Source: Fidelibacterota bacterium
GTDB lineage: Bacteria > Fidelibacterota > UBA8477
Assembly (NCBI GenBank): GCA_021734045.1
Contig: JAIPJR010000003.1
Coordinates: forward strand, 1-56,029
Direction: 5' to 3'
Length of the DNA: 56,029 bases
Part shown: positions 37,908 to 48,202 of the stretch, piece after piece
Layout of the letters: every line of letters starts with the position of its first letter
Numbering within the stretch: the first letter of the stretch is position 1
Notes under the pieces: generated by a model
What the model saw: the letters and a program-made list of their open reading frames with translations, nothing else
Told to the model about the DNA's origin: nothing
Databases searched by the model: none
Position numbers and translations under genes: made by a program

Positions 37908-38556
37908 CGGACTTCATTTTGTAGAATTCAGCTTTGTCCATGAGCGTGGTGTTGGTGATAAAAATGGACTCAATGGGATTGTCGCGTCGATCGGTGGGCA
38001 CCTGCGCCATCAAATCAACATTGTTCATCCCCTCCACCACGGTTCCGAAAACAGTATAATTCCCGTCCAATTGAGTCAGCGGTGCCAGGCAGAAATAGAA
38101 TTGGCTGCCGCTGGATGCTTTGGCCGGATTGTTGTCCCGGGCCGCACCCACACTGCCACGCAAATGGGGTTGACCTATCTCAGCGGGAATACGATCCCCA
38201 ACGCCGCCCATACCGTCATCTTCACGGGAATCATTCAGCGTGTTTGGATCACCCCCCTGTACCACAAAATTGGGGATGATGCGATGAAAATAGGTTCCTT
38301 TCAACACCCCACTCCGCATGAGATTCTTGAAATTTTCCGCATGCAAGGGCGCTGCCTCTTCAAACAGGTCAATGACCACGCGGCCGTAGCTGGTTTCTAA
38401 AATTGCCAGGGTATCACCCATATTACTCACATCCATTTCTTTAGCTGATGGTTGACTCGCCGATGAATCTGCACCGTCTTCCGATGTCTTTTTACCACAA
38501 CTCATCAGTAGCATACCTGCCAGCAGTAGTACACCGAATTGATTCATTCGTCGCAT
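37897..38556 (-). CDS. Cyclophilin-type peptidyl-prolyl isomerase, lipoprotein
   Basis: Lipobox LMSC; FHRIIPNFVVQGGDP, SGSQFY, LDGNYTVFG. Confidence 0.93.
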   Translation of the reverse strand: MRRMNQFGVLLLAGMLLMSCGKKTSEDGADSSASQPSAKEMDVSNMGDTLAILETSYGRVVIDLFEEAAPLHAENFKNLMRSGVLKGTYFHRIIPNFVVQGGDPNTLNDSREDDGMGGVGDRIPAEIGQPHLRGSVGAARDNNPAKASSGSQFYFCLAPLTQLDGNYTVFGTVVEGMNNVDLMAQVPTDRRDNPIESIFITNTTLMDKAEFYKMKSDAS

Positions 38557-38564
38557 AATAACTC

Positions 38565-39350
38565 CTATTCCACTTCAATAATTGGGGATGGCTCGTACTG
38601 ACTGGCAATCTCCAGCTCCAGGGGCACATCCTGTCTGTTCTCTACCGTAGCCCGGGCTTTCTCGGGCAGATTGTTCTTTTCGCTTAAATGTCCCAGCATC
38701 ACCCGGCGTAACCGACCTAGTGTTGCCAATAATCGGATAAATTCACTGGAATGGTCATTGCTCAGGTGCCCGTAATTTCCATGCACACGCGCTTTGAGGA
38801 ATGCCGGATACGGTCCGTTCCACAACATATCATGGTCATAATTGGCTTCCATAAGCAGGAATGACACATCCTTTAACGCTAGAAAATTATCCTCGGTTAC
38901 AGCACCCAGATCGGTCATGTAGCCCAGTGAAACCTTCTCGTTTTGCACCACGAAACCGGTGGAAGACTGGGAGTCATGCAGGGTCGGGACACACTGCACC
39001 TGTAGCGAGCCCACTTGAAATCGGTCGCCTGCGTTAAAAAAATGGACCCTGGGTTCAAAATGTCGCGGCTCCGGAAAGGCTTGCGGCAATGCCCGGTAAC
39101 TGATTGGGTTAATGAAGAATTGCAGCTTCTGTTGCCGCTCGAAGAGACGCTTACAGCCGTTCACATGATCACCATGCTCATGGGTAATGAGGACCGCTTC
39201 CACATCATCGATATCCAATGCCAAAAGCGCCATCCGTTTCCGGATCTGGGCTGCCGATAATCCTGCATCAATGAGAATCATATTGCTCTCATTAAACACG
39301 ATGCTGGCATTGCCCTTACTTCCGCTTCCCAGATTCACAAACTTTAGCAT
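38565..39350 (-). CDS. MBL-fold metallohydrolase (YycJ/WalJ-like)
   Basis: LGSGSKGN, THEHGDH, TDLG, EANYD, GHLSN, HLSEKNN. Confidence 0.9.
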   Translation of the reverse strand: MLKFVNLGSGSKGNASIVFNESNMILIDAGLSAAQIRKRMALLALDIDDVEAVLITHEHGDHVNGCKRLFERQQKLQFFINPISYRALPQAFPEPRHFEPRVHFFNAGDRFQVGSLQVQCVPTLHDSQSSTGFVVQNEKVSLGYMTDLGAVTEDNFLALKDVSFLLMEANYDHDMLWNGPYPAFLKARVHGNYGHLSNDHSSEFIRLLATLGRLRRVMLGHLSEKNNLPEKARATVENRQDVPLELEIASQYEPSPIIEVE

Positions 39351-39494
39351 AATACCTGTCAATTTGTCCGGTAGTTCTTTTGTCTGCTGATAGCGATTTT
39401 TTCCTCGCTACAGGTCTGAAAAATAGTCTGCCGCTCGTGGAATCCAACGGGATATTCGCCCAGCCGTTAATCCCGTTGCGAAAGCCGTGGCCGC

Positions 39495-40088
39495 ATGGTA
39501 AAATTGGACGCTATGGTCAGCATCCCTCCCGGCAATATCACCGAATTTCCCTACGAATCCAAAACCCGGCTCATTGCTGCCACGCTCAACTACGCCATTG
39601 AACTGGTGGAGAAGTTATCCGCCAAAGACGCGGATCGGATTATCGCCATCTCGGAAGGATTGGTGGAAAGTTACGGTACTGAAACGAAATTCACGAAAAA
39701 TACCGTCCGCAAATACTTCGCTTACCCGGACACATTGCCCTTCATCGGGTTGCTCCACGACAAAATCATCGGATTCATCATCGGGGTTCCGCTGGAACAT
39801 TTTTCGGATGAGCCCTGGGCGCGGGTGGATACTTGTCTGGGTGAACACAATACCGTTTACACCTACGCCTTTGTGATGGATCGTAAGTATCGCAGCAGCG
39901 GGTACGGCAAATCGCTGAAACGGGTCTATTTGAATTGGCTGAGAAAACGGGGATTCAGTTATGTCTCCGGCCATGTCCAGGAAGGTGTGGCCCAACGCTG
40001 GTCCCGTTCAACCATGGTCTTGGAACGCTTCCCCGACTGGCATAATACGGGCAAAGTATTTGAATATTATCGCCGTCCCCTGGCGTAA
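39495..40088 (+). CDS. GNAT-like N-acetyltransferase
   Basis: YTYAFVMDRKYRSSGYGKSL resembles the GNAT acetyl-CoA-binding motif A. Confidence 0.6.
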   Translation: MVKLDAMVSIPPGNITEFPYESKTRLIAATLNYAIELVEKLSAKDADRIIAISEGLVESYGTETKFTKNTVRKYFAYPDTLPFIGLLHDKIIGFIIGVPLEHFSDEPWARVDTCLGEHNTVYTYAFVMDRKYRSSGYGKSLKRVYLNWLRKRGFSYVSGHVQEGVAQRWSRSTMVLERFPDWHNTGKVFEYYRRPLA

Positions 40089-40222
40089 TACAATGTCGTT
40101 GAAATAGATACGAATATTCATTATCAATGTTTTCATCATCAGCCCCAAATGATGTTTCAGACCGATTCAGGCCTGCTTTTTGCCACGCATGGAATGACTG
40201 CTAAAGCTACTATTCAGGAGAA

Positions 40223-41128
40223 ATGACCGTGTTAAACCGATTGATCGTGAGTACCATGCCCCTGATGCCCCGCTGGTTTATTAAACTCTTTTCCCGGCGC
40301 TACATTGCCGGTGAAGCGGTGGAAGATGCCATGAATCTCTGCACCCGATTGAAAGCGGAGGAGTTTGAAACCACACTGGATATTCTGGGAGAATCCATCT
40401 CAACCGTCGAAGAGGCCAATGCATCGCGTGAGGCGTACATTGAGTTGATTCGACGAGTGTCCCAACAATCCTTCTCAAAAAACATCAGTCTAAAACCCAC
40501 CGCGTTGGGATTGAATCTGGATTTTGAGCTGGCGAAAGAAAATATCACTGCCGTCATCCGGTTTGCTCATGAGAACGATTTTTTTGTGCGCATTGACATG
40601 GAGGATTCGCCCTACACAAGTCAGACATTAGATATTTATCGTAGCTTACGTGCAGAATTTCCACGTATCGGCACGGTCATACAGGCTTACCTGCATCGTA
40701 GTGAAGCAGATGTGACATCGATCGCAGCTGAGGGGGGTAACCTGCGAATTTGTAAAGGAATCTACCGCGAATCCCCCACCATCGCCTTTCAGGACAAGGA
40801 GGCGATTCGGGAAAATTACCTGCAATTGGTAAAAACCATGCTGTCCGCCCGGGCGTATGTGGGCATCGCCACCCACGATATCTATCTCATCGATACCCTT
40901 GAAGCCTATATCCGGGATAAGGGCATACCGGCAGAAAACTATGAGTTTCAAGCACTGCTGGGCGTTCCCATTGAGCATCGCCTGGAAGCACTCCGCGACG
41001 CTGGCCATACAATGCGGATTTATGTTCCCTTCGGCGAACAATGGTATGCCTACAGCTCGCGCAGGCTGAAAGAAAATCCGGATGTGGCCGGGTATGTTCT
41101 GAAGAACCTGTTCAAATTCGGGAAATAA
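40223..41128 (+). CDS. Monofunctional proline dehydrogenase
   Basis: RYIAGE, DILGE, ISLKPTALG, RIDMED, LRICKGIY, ATHD, YVPFG, RRLKENP. Confidence 0.93.
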   Translation: MTVLNRLIVSTMPLMPRWFIKLFSRRYIAGEAVEDAMNLCTRLKAEEFETTLDILGESISTVEEANASREAYIELIRRVSQQSFSKNISLKPTALGLNLDFELAKENITAVIRFAHENDFFVRIDMEDSPYTSQTLDIYRSLRAEFPRIGTVIQAYLHRSEADVTSIAAEGGNLRICKGIYRESPTIAFQDKEAIRENYLQLVKTMLSARAYVGIATHDIYLIDTLEAYIRDKGIPAENYEFQALLGVPIEHRLEALRDAGHTMRIYVPFGEQWYAYSSRRLKENPDVAGYVLKNLFKFGK

Positions 41129-41202
41129 CCTGCCCCTGCGGTTTTACCCGATTAATACATCCAAACCATCTGTGTTCATCATAATCGTACAGGAGTATTA
41201 TC

Positions 41203-41604
41203 ATGCATGATTTGATAAATTTACTGAAAAACGCCAAAACTATCGTCGTGGTGGGAGCCTCTCCCAACCCGGATCGGCCGAGTCACTACATTTCCAAATA
41301 CCTCATGAACCAAGGCTATACGGTGATTCCTGTGAATCCGGGGCACGATAAACTCTTTGGGCAAACCTGTTACCCCCGTGTCCGGGACATCCCTGAATCC
41401 CACACCATTGACATTGTGGATATCTTCCGCCGCTCTGACCAGGTCATTCCCATTGTGGAGGATGCCATCGAAAGGGGAGCCGGTTTTATCTGGATGCAGG
41501 ATGGTGTCATTAATCCGGAAGCCAAAAAACAGGCCGAAGCAGCCGGTATTCCGGTAGAGATGAACAATTGCATCTACCGGGTACATATGCGTTCCGGATT
41601 ATAG
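41203..41604 (+). CDS. CoA-binding protein (YccU-like)
   Basis: VVGASPNPDRPS, VIPVNP, DIVDIFR, WMQDG. Confidence 0.9.
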   Translation: MHDLINLLKNAKTIVVVGASPNPDRPSHYISKYLMNQGYTVIPVNPGHDKLFGQTCYPRVRDIPESHTIDIVDIFRRSDQVIPIVEDAIERGAGFIWMQDGVINPEAKKQAEAAGIPVEMNNCIYRVHMRSGL

Positions 41605-41670
41605 CCTGTCTAAATTTTTCAATCGATTTAGGCTAAGGAAAACTGGATTCTTTCCTGGAAAAATCGCCGT

Positions 41671-42537
41671 CTACAGTGCGCTGCGCCGCCCCCAGTGGAA
41701 TTTCTCACGTAGCTTATCGTAAAAGGTGAGCCCCGGCAGCGTGACCAATTTGATGCGATAGGAACTGGTGCGGATCCGCAAGCTGTCACGGGCATTCAGC
41801 GGCTGCCACACCTTGCCATCGATATAAATCCGCCCCTTTTGCTCCGGCTTCACCAACTTAATCTCGATCCGGGCGTCCGCTGGTAAGACAATGGGACGCA
41901 CCGACAGCGTGTGGGGCGCAATCGGCGTGATGATAATGGCTTCCAGGCCAGGATCCAGGATGGGGCCCCCTGTAGCCAGATTGTAAGCCGTTGAACCGGT
42001 CGGGGTGGCCAGAATTAAACCGTCTGCTGAGTAGGTATTCAGGTAACGCCCGTTCACATGGACCTGCATGGCCAGCATATTGAAATATTCGCCGCGCTCG
42101 ATGACCACATCATTCAAGCCCCAGAAGGTCACATCCTTCCCATCTGCATTCATCTGCCGGCAATTCAGGACCATGCGCTCTTCCACCGTATAATGACCAG
42201 CCAGAACCTCCGCCAAATTGCTGCGCCAATCCCGTTCCAGTCCGGTCAGGAACCCCAGACTCCCTAAATTCACGCCCAATATGGGAATGGGGCGTTTCAT
42301 GACCGACTGGGCTGCCGAGAGCAGGGTACCGTCACCACCAATGGAGAGAATCATGTCGATGTTATCCGGTACGGTGTGTTCGGGAATATGCTCGATATCA
42401 TTTTCCAGTTGAATCGCCGCAGCAAAGGAATCCAGAATATTCACCGAATGATCGCTATCTTTGAGTTGTTCGATAAGATCAATAACGCTATCCCGGATTT
42501 CGGGATTGACTTGGAAACCCCAGAGTAAAATGTTCAT
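41671..42537 (-). CDS. nadK: NAD kinase
   Basis: GGDGT, GVNLGSLGFL, ADGLILATPTGSTAY. Confidence 0.95.
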   Translation of the reverse strand: MNILLWGFQVNPEIRDSVIDLIEQLKDSDHSVNILDSFAAAIQLENDIEHIPEHTVPDNIDMILSIGGDGTLLSAAQSVMKRPIPILGVNLGSLGFLTGLERDWRSNLAEVLAGHYTVEERMVLNCRQMNADGKDVTFWGLNDVVIERGEYFNMLAMQVHVNGRYLNTYSADGLILATPTGSTAYNLATGGPILDPGLEAIIITPIAPHTLSVRPIVLPADARIEIKLVKPEQKGRIYIDGKVWQPLNARDSLRIRTSSYRIKLVTLPGLTFYDKLREKFHWGRRSAL

Positions 42538-42574
42538 CGTACCGGATTCCTGTGGTTAAAAACCGGTGGTTTGG

Positions 42575-42844
42575 TTACTTGTCATCTGTCTCATCCCGGT
42601 CGGGTAACGGCTCGGTTGTCCAATCTCCGTTATTTTTCTGCACCAGAAGATTCACCGTTTTCTCCGCCTCATCCAACCGGTTTCGGCAGGCGGTGACCAG
42701 GGTCATGGCCGCCTGATACTGGGAAATCGCCTCATCAAGGGGCAATTCTTCATTTTCCAGACGCACCACCGCTGCTTCAAGTTGCTCCAGTAACTGTTCA
42801 AACGACTCGGATTTGTGTTGATCAGGCTTTTTGTTCGGTGTCAT
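42575..42844 (-). CDS. xseB: Exodeoxyribonuclease VII small subunit
   Basis: SFEQLLEQLE...LPLDEAISQY...L; adjacent to xseA. Confidence 0.9.
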   Translation of the reverse strand: MTPNKKPDQHKSESFEQLLEQLEAAVVRLENEELPLDEAISQYQAAMTLVTACRNRLDEAEKTVNLLVQKNNGDWTTEPLPDRDETDDK

Positions 42845-44048
42845 GAATGGTTTCTACCTTTGCATCAAATGTACCATGTTGGAGGGTAACATGCACGGTT
42901 TGCTTGGGTTTGATTTGCTCGGTTGATCGAATAATTTGACGGTCGTCACGCTGCACAATGGCGTACCCACGCCCTAATACCTCCATGGGATTCAGCAGAC
43001 CTAATTTTTCGGTGAGATGATCCAACCGCTGTCCAACGCTTTCTACCCGGCGCTGAAGGGCACGCTGCAATCCATCGTTGATCTGATCCAGATATTGTTG
43101 TCGTGATTGAATTAATATTTGGGGCCGTCGTAAGGCATAGCTGCGCGTCAGACCCTCTACCCGGCTGCGCACATGTGTTAACCGTTTTTGCAGAATCCGG
43201 GGCAGGACCCGCGATTTTTCCAGGTGGGCTTGACGAATGACAGACTGATCCGGTACCACCAGCTCCGCTGCGGCCGAGGGTGTGGGTGCCCGCTCATCGG
43301 CTACCAAATCACTGATGGTCGTATCAATCTCATGTCCCACCGCCGAAATCATCGGTATGCGTGAATCAAAGATTGCCCGGGCGACGACCTCTTCATTGAA
43401 AGGCCATAAGTCTTCAATAGACCCACCGCCCCGTCCCACAATCAGGACATCACACGCTTTTTCCTGGTTAAAATGTCTGATACCGGCAGCAATCGTCTCT
43501 CCGGCACCTGTTCCTTGAACCTTGGCATTATACAGCAGGATTTCAGCCAGGGGAAAACGACGGGTGATGACCTGAATCATATCCCGTATAGCGGCACCAG
43601 TTGCAGAGGTGATGACGCCTATCCGTGTAGGAAACCGGGGCAGTGGTTTTTTATAAATTGCATCGAAAAGCCCTTCGGCTGCCAGCTTCTGTTTCAACAC
43701 CTCAAAAGCCTGATACAGGTCACCGGTACCCGCTGGCTGTAATTGCTCTACAACCAATTGATACTGTCCACGAGGTGGATAGACGGAGATGTTACCCAAT
43801 GCCAATACTTGAATGCCGTTCGCGGGCCGGAACATGAGACGGCGGTTCTGTCCTCGGAACATGACGGCACTTAGCTGGGCACCACTGTCCTTAATGGAGA
43901 AGTACATATGACCAGAAGTGTGATGGACAAAATTAGACACTTCACCGGACACCCATACCCGGGTGAAGGCGGTTTCCAAATGTGCCTTAATGTTTTGTGT
44001 GAGTTCTGTTACAGAAAATATTGCAGGTGCGTCGGGTGAAGTTGGCAT
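42822..44048 (-). CDS. xseA: Exodeoxyribonuclease VII large subunit
   Basis: GEVSN, SGHMYF, GRGGGSIEDL, SAVGHEID, RAPTPSAAAE. ATG 44048 preferred. Confidence 0.95.
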   Translation of the reverse strand: MPTSPDAPAIFSVTELTQNIKAHLETAFTRVWVSGEVSNFVHHTSGHMYFSIKDSGAQLSAVMFRGQNRRLMFRPANGIQVLALGNISVYPPRGQYQLVVEQLQPAGTGDLYQAFEVLKQKLAAEGLFDAIYKKPLPRFPTRIGVITSATGAAIRDMIQVITRRFPLAEILLYNAKVQGTGAGETIAAGIRHFNQEKACDVLIVGRGGGSIEDLWPFNEEVVARAIFDSRIPMISAVGHEIDTTISDLVADERAPTPSAAAELVVPDQSVIRQAHLEKSRVLPRILQKRLTHVRSRVEGLTRSYALRRPQILIQSRQQYLDQINDGLQRALQRRVESVGQRLDHLTEKLGLLNPMEVLGRGYAIVQRDDRQIIRSTEQIKPKQTVHVTLQHGTFDAKVETIHDTEQKA

Positions 44049-44116
44049 AGTACCCTGATCGCAAAAATAGCGTATGGCGGTATAACCCGCCATTCGCCCA
44101 GGCTAATTGTCAAAAT

Positions 44117-44212
44117 TTAACGAATTTTTTTCTTCTGCCGGTTAGAACGCAGTCTTTTTTTCCGTTTATGTGTCGCGATTTTGCGACGCTTCCGCTTTTT
44201 ACCACAAGGCAT
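44117..44212 (-). CDS. 30S ribosomal protein bS22 (AURKAIP1/COX24/mS38-like), 31 aa
   Basis: Manual translation MPCGKKRKRRKIATHKRKKRLRSNRQKKKIR*. SD GAGGAG; upstream promoter TTGACC-N16-TATATT. Confidence 0.88.
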   Translation of the reverse strand: MPCGKKRKRRKIATHKRKKRLRSNRQKKKIR

Positions 44213-44280
44213 TCAATCAATCTCCTCTTTCAATAAATGCGCGGCGAATATAGGCTGGTGACCCACGTGGTCAAAGGTTT

Positions 44281-44583
44281 TTATATGCGGCGGGATTTGG
44301 GCTGTTGCGCCTGGTTCACCAGATCACGCAACTGACGGGAAGGTTTAAATACGGGAACCATTCGGGCAGGTAGTTGAACGGCTTCACCGGTACCGGGATT
44401 TCGCGCTTGTTTGGGCGCTCGCTCCTTGACGCTGAAGCTGCCGAATTTTCTGAATTCCACCCGCTCACCCTGAATTAATGCATCGGACAGCGTGGCTAAA
44501 AATGCATCCAGCACGGCCTCGGTTTCAACCTTGGTCAGGCCGGTCCCGGCGGCAATAATATCCACCATATCTGCCTTGGTCAT
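44281..44583 (-). CDS. HU/IHF family DNA-binding protein
   Basis: MTKAD..., FGSF, ARNPGTGE, PVFKPS. Confidence 0.93.
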   Translation of the reverse strand: MTKADMVDIIAAGTGLTKVETEAVLDAFLATLSDALIQGERVEFRKFGSFSVKERAPKQARNPGTGEAVQLPARMVPVFKPSRQLRDLVNQAQQPKSRRI

Positions 44584-44600
44584 GGTTTCCTCCCTAATCC

Positions 44601-45491
44601 TTAAGGCATTCGATATTGTACGACAGTTGATGTCCAGCGTGACCAATCCGGGATTGCACTACTCATATCATCCAGGATAAGTCTGAGCAGAGATCGCCGT
44701 TCGCGTGGCGGGTACACCAGTGGTGTATCATGAGCCAATCCACCCATCTCACAGGCAATGATTTTAGCATCGTGAAACGTCCCCAGTGCATCAACCAACC
44801 CCTCGTCCAATGCCTGGCGACCAGAAAATACCCTCCCATCCGCCAGTGCATCCACAACCGGTTCAGTCAGGTCACGCTCCCGGGCAACAATCTCCTTAAA
44901 CTGGCTGAATACATCACCGATCACGCCTTCATAGTAATCCACATCCTGCTTTGTCATTTGGCGATAAGGCGATCCCGAATCCTTATAGGGTCCGGTTTTC
45001 ACCACATTCATCCGCACACCCAGATCGTCCATGAGCTCGGAGAAATCGGGAAAATTCATGATGACACCGATACTCCCGGTGACGGAGGTGGGATTAGCGA
45101 TGATGGTGTCACCACCCAGGGCAGCCATGTAGCCACCGGATGCCGCCAAACTCCCCATACTCACAACAATGGGCTTTTCAGTGTGCTCCCCCGCCAGTTT
45201 GAGTGCACGATAAATCTCGTACGAGGGGGTTACCGCTCCGCCTGGTGAGTCAATATCAATCAGGATAGCCCCGATCCGCCGATTCTCCACAAAGTCATCC
45301 AACTGCTCAATCCAGGATTGGGATTCCACAATCATACCCTTCAACGGCAAGACCCCCACATTCACAGCTGCGGGATATGTTTCGCCAGACTGACGACTAA
45401 ACCAGATTACCAGAATCACCACGACGACCAGAATGAAAATCCAGCCGCCATACCGGCGCGAACTGTGGCGGGGAGCTGACTCAGCCATCAC
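44601..45491 (-). CDS. sppA: Signal peptide peptidase SppA (S49)
   Basis: IDSPGG, AASGGY, TGSIGV, GPYKD, DGRVFSG. Confidence 0.92.
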   Translation of the reverse strand: MMAESAPRHSSRRYGGWIFILVVVVILVIWFSRQSGETYPAAVNVGVLPLKGMIVESQSWIEQLDDFVENRRIGAILIDIDSPGGAVTPSYEIYRALKLAGEHTEKPIVVSMGSLAASGGYMAALGGDTIIANPTSVTGSIGVIMNFPDFSELMDDLGVRMNVVKTGPYKDSGSPYRQMTKQDVDYYEGVIGDVFSQFKEIVARERDLTEPVVDALADGRVFSGRQALDEGLVDALGTFHDAKIIACEMGGLAHDTPLVYPPRERRSLLRLILDDMSSAIPDWSRWTSTVVQYRMP

Positions 45492-47148
45492 TCTTTTTTT
45501 GGTAAATCGTTAAGCGTTGACCTGGGTAGATGTACTCACCGTAACTCAGTCCATTCCAGCGGCGGATGCTACTGGCACGGGTATGATATCGCTCGGCAAT
45601 ATGTCCCAGTGTATCACCCCGTTTCACCACATAGACCAGCTTATCGTAGGTGGAGGTGGGCAGGTTCTGTTTTGAACGGGATTTAGCGGCATAGTTGGTA
45701 GTCCCCGGTAAAGGAATTGTCAATTTTTGACCCACCGAGAGACGGTTCCTATTCCGCAAATTATTGGCGCGGGTGAGGCTGGTGACGGATACCCCATATT
45801 TTCTGGCAATGAGCCACAAGGATTCGCCCCGCCGTACATAATGAACCTGAAAGGCTTCCTTGTCAGAGGTGGGCAGTTGATTGATGACCGCTTCCACCTT
45901 TTCGGCATAACCATTGGGCACTTTCAGAAAATACTGCATGTCCGGTGGTGTAACCCCCTGCCGAAGTTCGGCATTCAGGGTGCTCAAAGTACTGTAATCA
46001 ACCCAGGCAGCCTGGGCGATGCGGTCCAAATCAATACTCCGGTTCACTTCCACCTCTTCCCACTCCGTCATGACCTTATCCGGGAGTGTGAAGCCGTACT
46101 GCTCCGGACTACGAATGATGATGGCTGCCGCAATTACCGTGGGTACATAAGAACGGGTCTCTTTGGGCAGTGTGCGCAGGCGCCAGAAGTCACGGTGTCC
46201 CTCAAGGCGAATTGCCCGATGTACACGACCTTCACCACAGTTATAAGCCGCCATAGCCAGGTACCAGTTATCAAATTCGTTGTAGAGCTTTTTTAAAAAT
46301 TTAGCTGCGGCTTCCGTGGATTTCACAATGTCACGACGTTCATCAACCCACCAGGTCCGCTCCAGACCATACAATTTCCCCGTGGAACTGATAAATTGCC
46401 AAGGACCCACCGCCTGAGCCCAGGACCGGGCATTCACATTTAAACCCGATTCAATCAGCGCCAGATAAACCAACTCCTCCGGTACACCCTGCTCAATTAA
46501 AATGGGTCGGATCACTGCAGCGTATTTGGCATAGCGATCCATCCAGACCTGGAACTCGCTGTGACGCGTGGTCTGTAAAAATTTTATAATGCTCCGCACC
46601 CTATTATTCATCACCAGCGGGATATGACCATCCCGATCATCCAGGACCACGAAATCATCATCATTTCCCTGCACCGATTGCATGATCTCCAACTGAATCA
46701 TCTGCTCCCGAAAGGTCAGATTCGCCAGCATATTCTTCCGTTCCTGGTCCAGATAGGGGAGAAAATCGGTGCGCACCAGCTCAGCCAGTGATGTGAAATA
46801 AGCCCGTTGATCATGCCCAAGCGAATCCAGTTCCTCAATGGCAGCCAGGTTCGCCAGCATCAATTCAAATTCAAATTGGACCGCCCCCGTATCCCCTTCC
46901 AGCGCTAGCAAACGGCCTTCTGTGTAGTGCAGCTTCACTTCCTGCATCAGATAATCAAACAGGAAATCACTCTCCACCGGCATGGTTTCCGGACTGGCCT
47001 CTTCACCCCGGGCCAGTTGGGTCAGAGGCGTTTCCCTGAAGTCAGAAGCCCACAGTGTACTGGTTCCGGTGAAAAACAACAAACATATCATCAAGCGTAT
47101 CATGTACATTTTCCGCATAGTTTTAGGAATATTAGACGATTCTTTCAC
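45481..47148 (-). CDS. MltD-like lytic transglycosylase with two LysM domains (exact start uncertain)
   Basis: LIESG, GPWQF, AAYNCG, ETRSYVP; two YVRRGE/YVVKRGD LysM repeats. Confidence 0.9.
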   Translation of the reverse strand: MKESSNIPKTMRKMYMIRLMICLLFFTGTSTLWASDFRETPLTQLARGEEASPETMPVESDFLFDYLMQEVKLHYTEGRLLALEGDTGAVQFEFELMLANLAAIEELDSLGHDQRAYFTSLAELVRTDFLPYLDQERKNMLANLTFREQMIQLEIMQSVQGNDDDFVVLDDRDGHIPLVMNNRVRSIIKFLQTTRHSEFQVWMDRYAKYAAVIRPILIEQGVPEELVYLALIESGLNVNARSWAQAVGPWQFISSTGKLYGLERTWWVDERRDIVKSTEAAAKFLKKLYNEFDNWYLAMAAYNCGEGRVHRAIRLEGHRDFWRLRTLPKETRSYVPTVIAAAIIIRSPEQYGFTLPDKVMTEWEEVEVNRSIDLDRIAQAAWVDYSTLSTLNAELRQGVTPPDMQYFLKVPNGYAEKVEAVINQLPTSDKEAFQVHYVRRGESLWLIARKYGVSVTSLTRANNLRNRNRLSVGQKLTIPLPGTTNYAAKSRSKQNLPTSTYDKLVYVVKRGDTLGHIAERYHTRASSIRRWNGLSYGEYIYPGQRLTIYQKKSDG

Positions 47149-48202
47149 AATTTACAAGAGAAGAATTCTCTAACCGCTTATCATACAGGGTATTGGATAA
47201 GTTCTCACTCACGGACAACCTGGTGAGCGGGCAGATGTGACACTGCTGTGCCTGACACCCATTAAGCCACCAAAACAACAATCCCTGTTGCTCAAGGGCT
47301 GTATCAATACGATACCAACCGGTGAAACGCTTTACGGTCTTCTCCAGCCCATAATGCCGTGCCGGTGGAATTTCCTGCCATATTTTCAACCCCGTAATGA
47401 TATCCGAATATGTGGCGGAGACAACCCAATTGATTGTCCATTCTCGTAACAACGTCAGGGGAATTTGCCAATCTCTGAAGTATGGCCGCCACCACGTTTC
47501 CCATGCCCGCCAACCGCCGCTTAGCAGCTCCGGAGGATCCACTTCCGGCAAGCATTTGACCACCCGGTCAATCTGATCTCGCTGGCGTGAAGGACGGTTC
47601 CGACTCTGGTAACTCCCGCGCCAATCAATACCGGTGGGATTTCCGGATAATTGAAGCTGCTGGACAATATACCACCACAACTTCTCCCGGGATGGCCCGA
47701 AAGCCAGGCAGTCCAACAATCCCAAATGAACCACCGGCCAATCAACGCTGGCAAAGCGCCGCCACTTCCTGACCTTCTCCCGCTTATAACGGTACCGGTC
47801 TGCCGCAGCTAAATACAACTCCCGCGCCGTGAGACCACGCCTTGCCCGACACCATCCGACTGTACCCGGATTCGTCACCACCAGCGTGGGCAGATCCGGT
47901 CCCCCGCCCGCCCGGTTCACCACATGCAGAATGACCTCCCCATAAGCCGCGTCAGTATCATGACCATGGGCATACCAATCCCGGGTGCCCCTATGCATCT
48001 CAACCGGACCAGATAATATCCGTCCATCCAGGGCAATCACCGCGTCCCGGATATCCGGCCCCGGACCATCATTTCGCTGCCCGGGCGCAATGACGATTAA
48101 TTGTTCACCACCCAGCGTTTTCAAGCCCGTTTGATCCGGCGCAATCTGAAACCACCAGTTGATCAGCTGGTTTTCCCTGGAATTCTGCACACGAAAAGTC
48201 AT
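47132..48202 (-). CDS. DUF2851 family protein
   Basis: PGQRNDGPGPD, GPVEMH, WYAHGHDTD...ILHVV; C-terminal CQAQQCHICP. Confidence 0.75.
   Translation of the reverse strand: MTFRVQNSRENQLINWWFQIAPDQTGLKTLGGEQLIVIAPGQRNDGPGPDIRDAVIALDGRILSGPVEMHRGTRDWYAHGHDTDAAYGEVILHVVNRAGGGPDLPTLVVTNPGTVGWCRARRGLTARELYLAAADRYRYKREKVRKWRRFASVDWPVVHLGLLDCLAFGPSREKLWWYIVQQLQLSGNPTGIDWRGSYQSRNRPSRQRDQIDRVVKCLPEVDPPELLSGGWRAWETWWRPYFRDWQIPLTLLREWTINWVVSATYSDIITGLKIWQEIPPARHYGLEKTVKRFTGWYRIDTALEQQGLLFWWLNGCQAQQCHICPLTRLSVSENLSNTLYDKRLENSSLVNCERIV

Noticed and set aside
36993-39350. Anti-phage system (patatin effector plus MBL nuclease)
   Set aside because: There is no cyclase or other defence partner. Both are ordinary housekeeping-type members in a dsbD/cyclophilin run.
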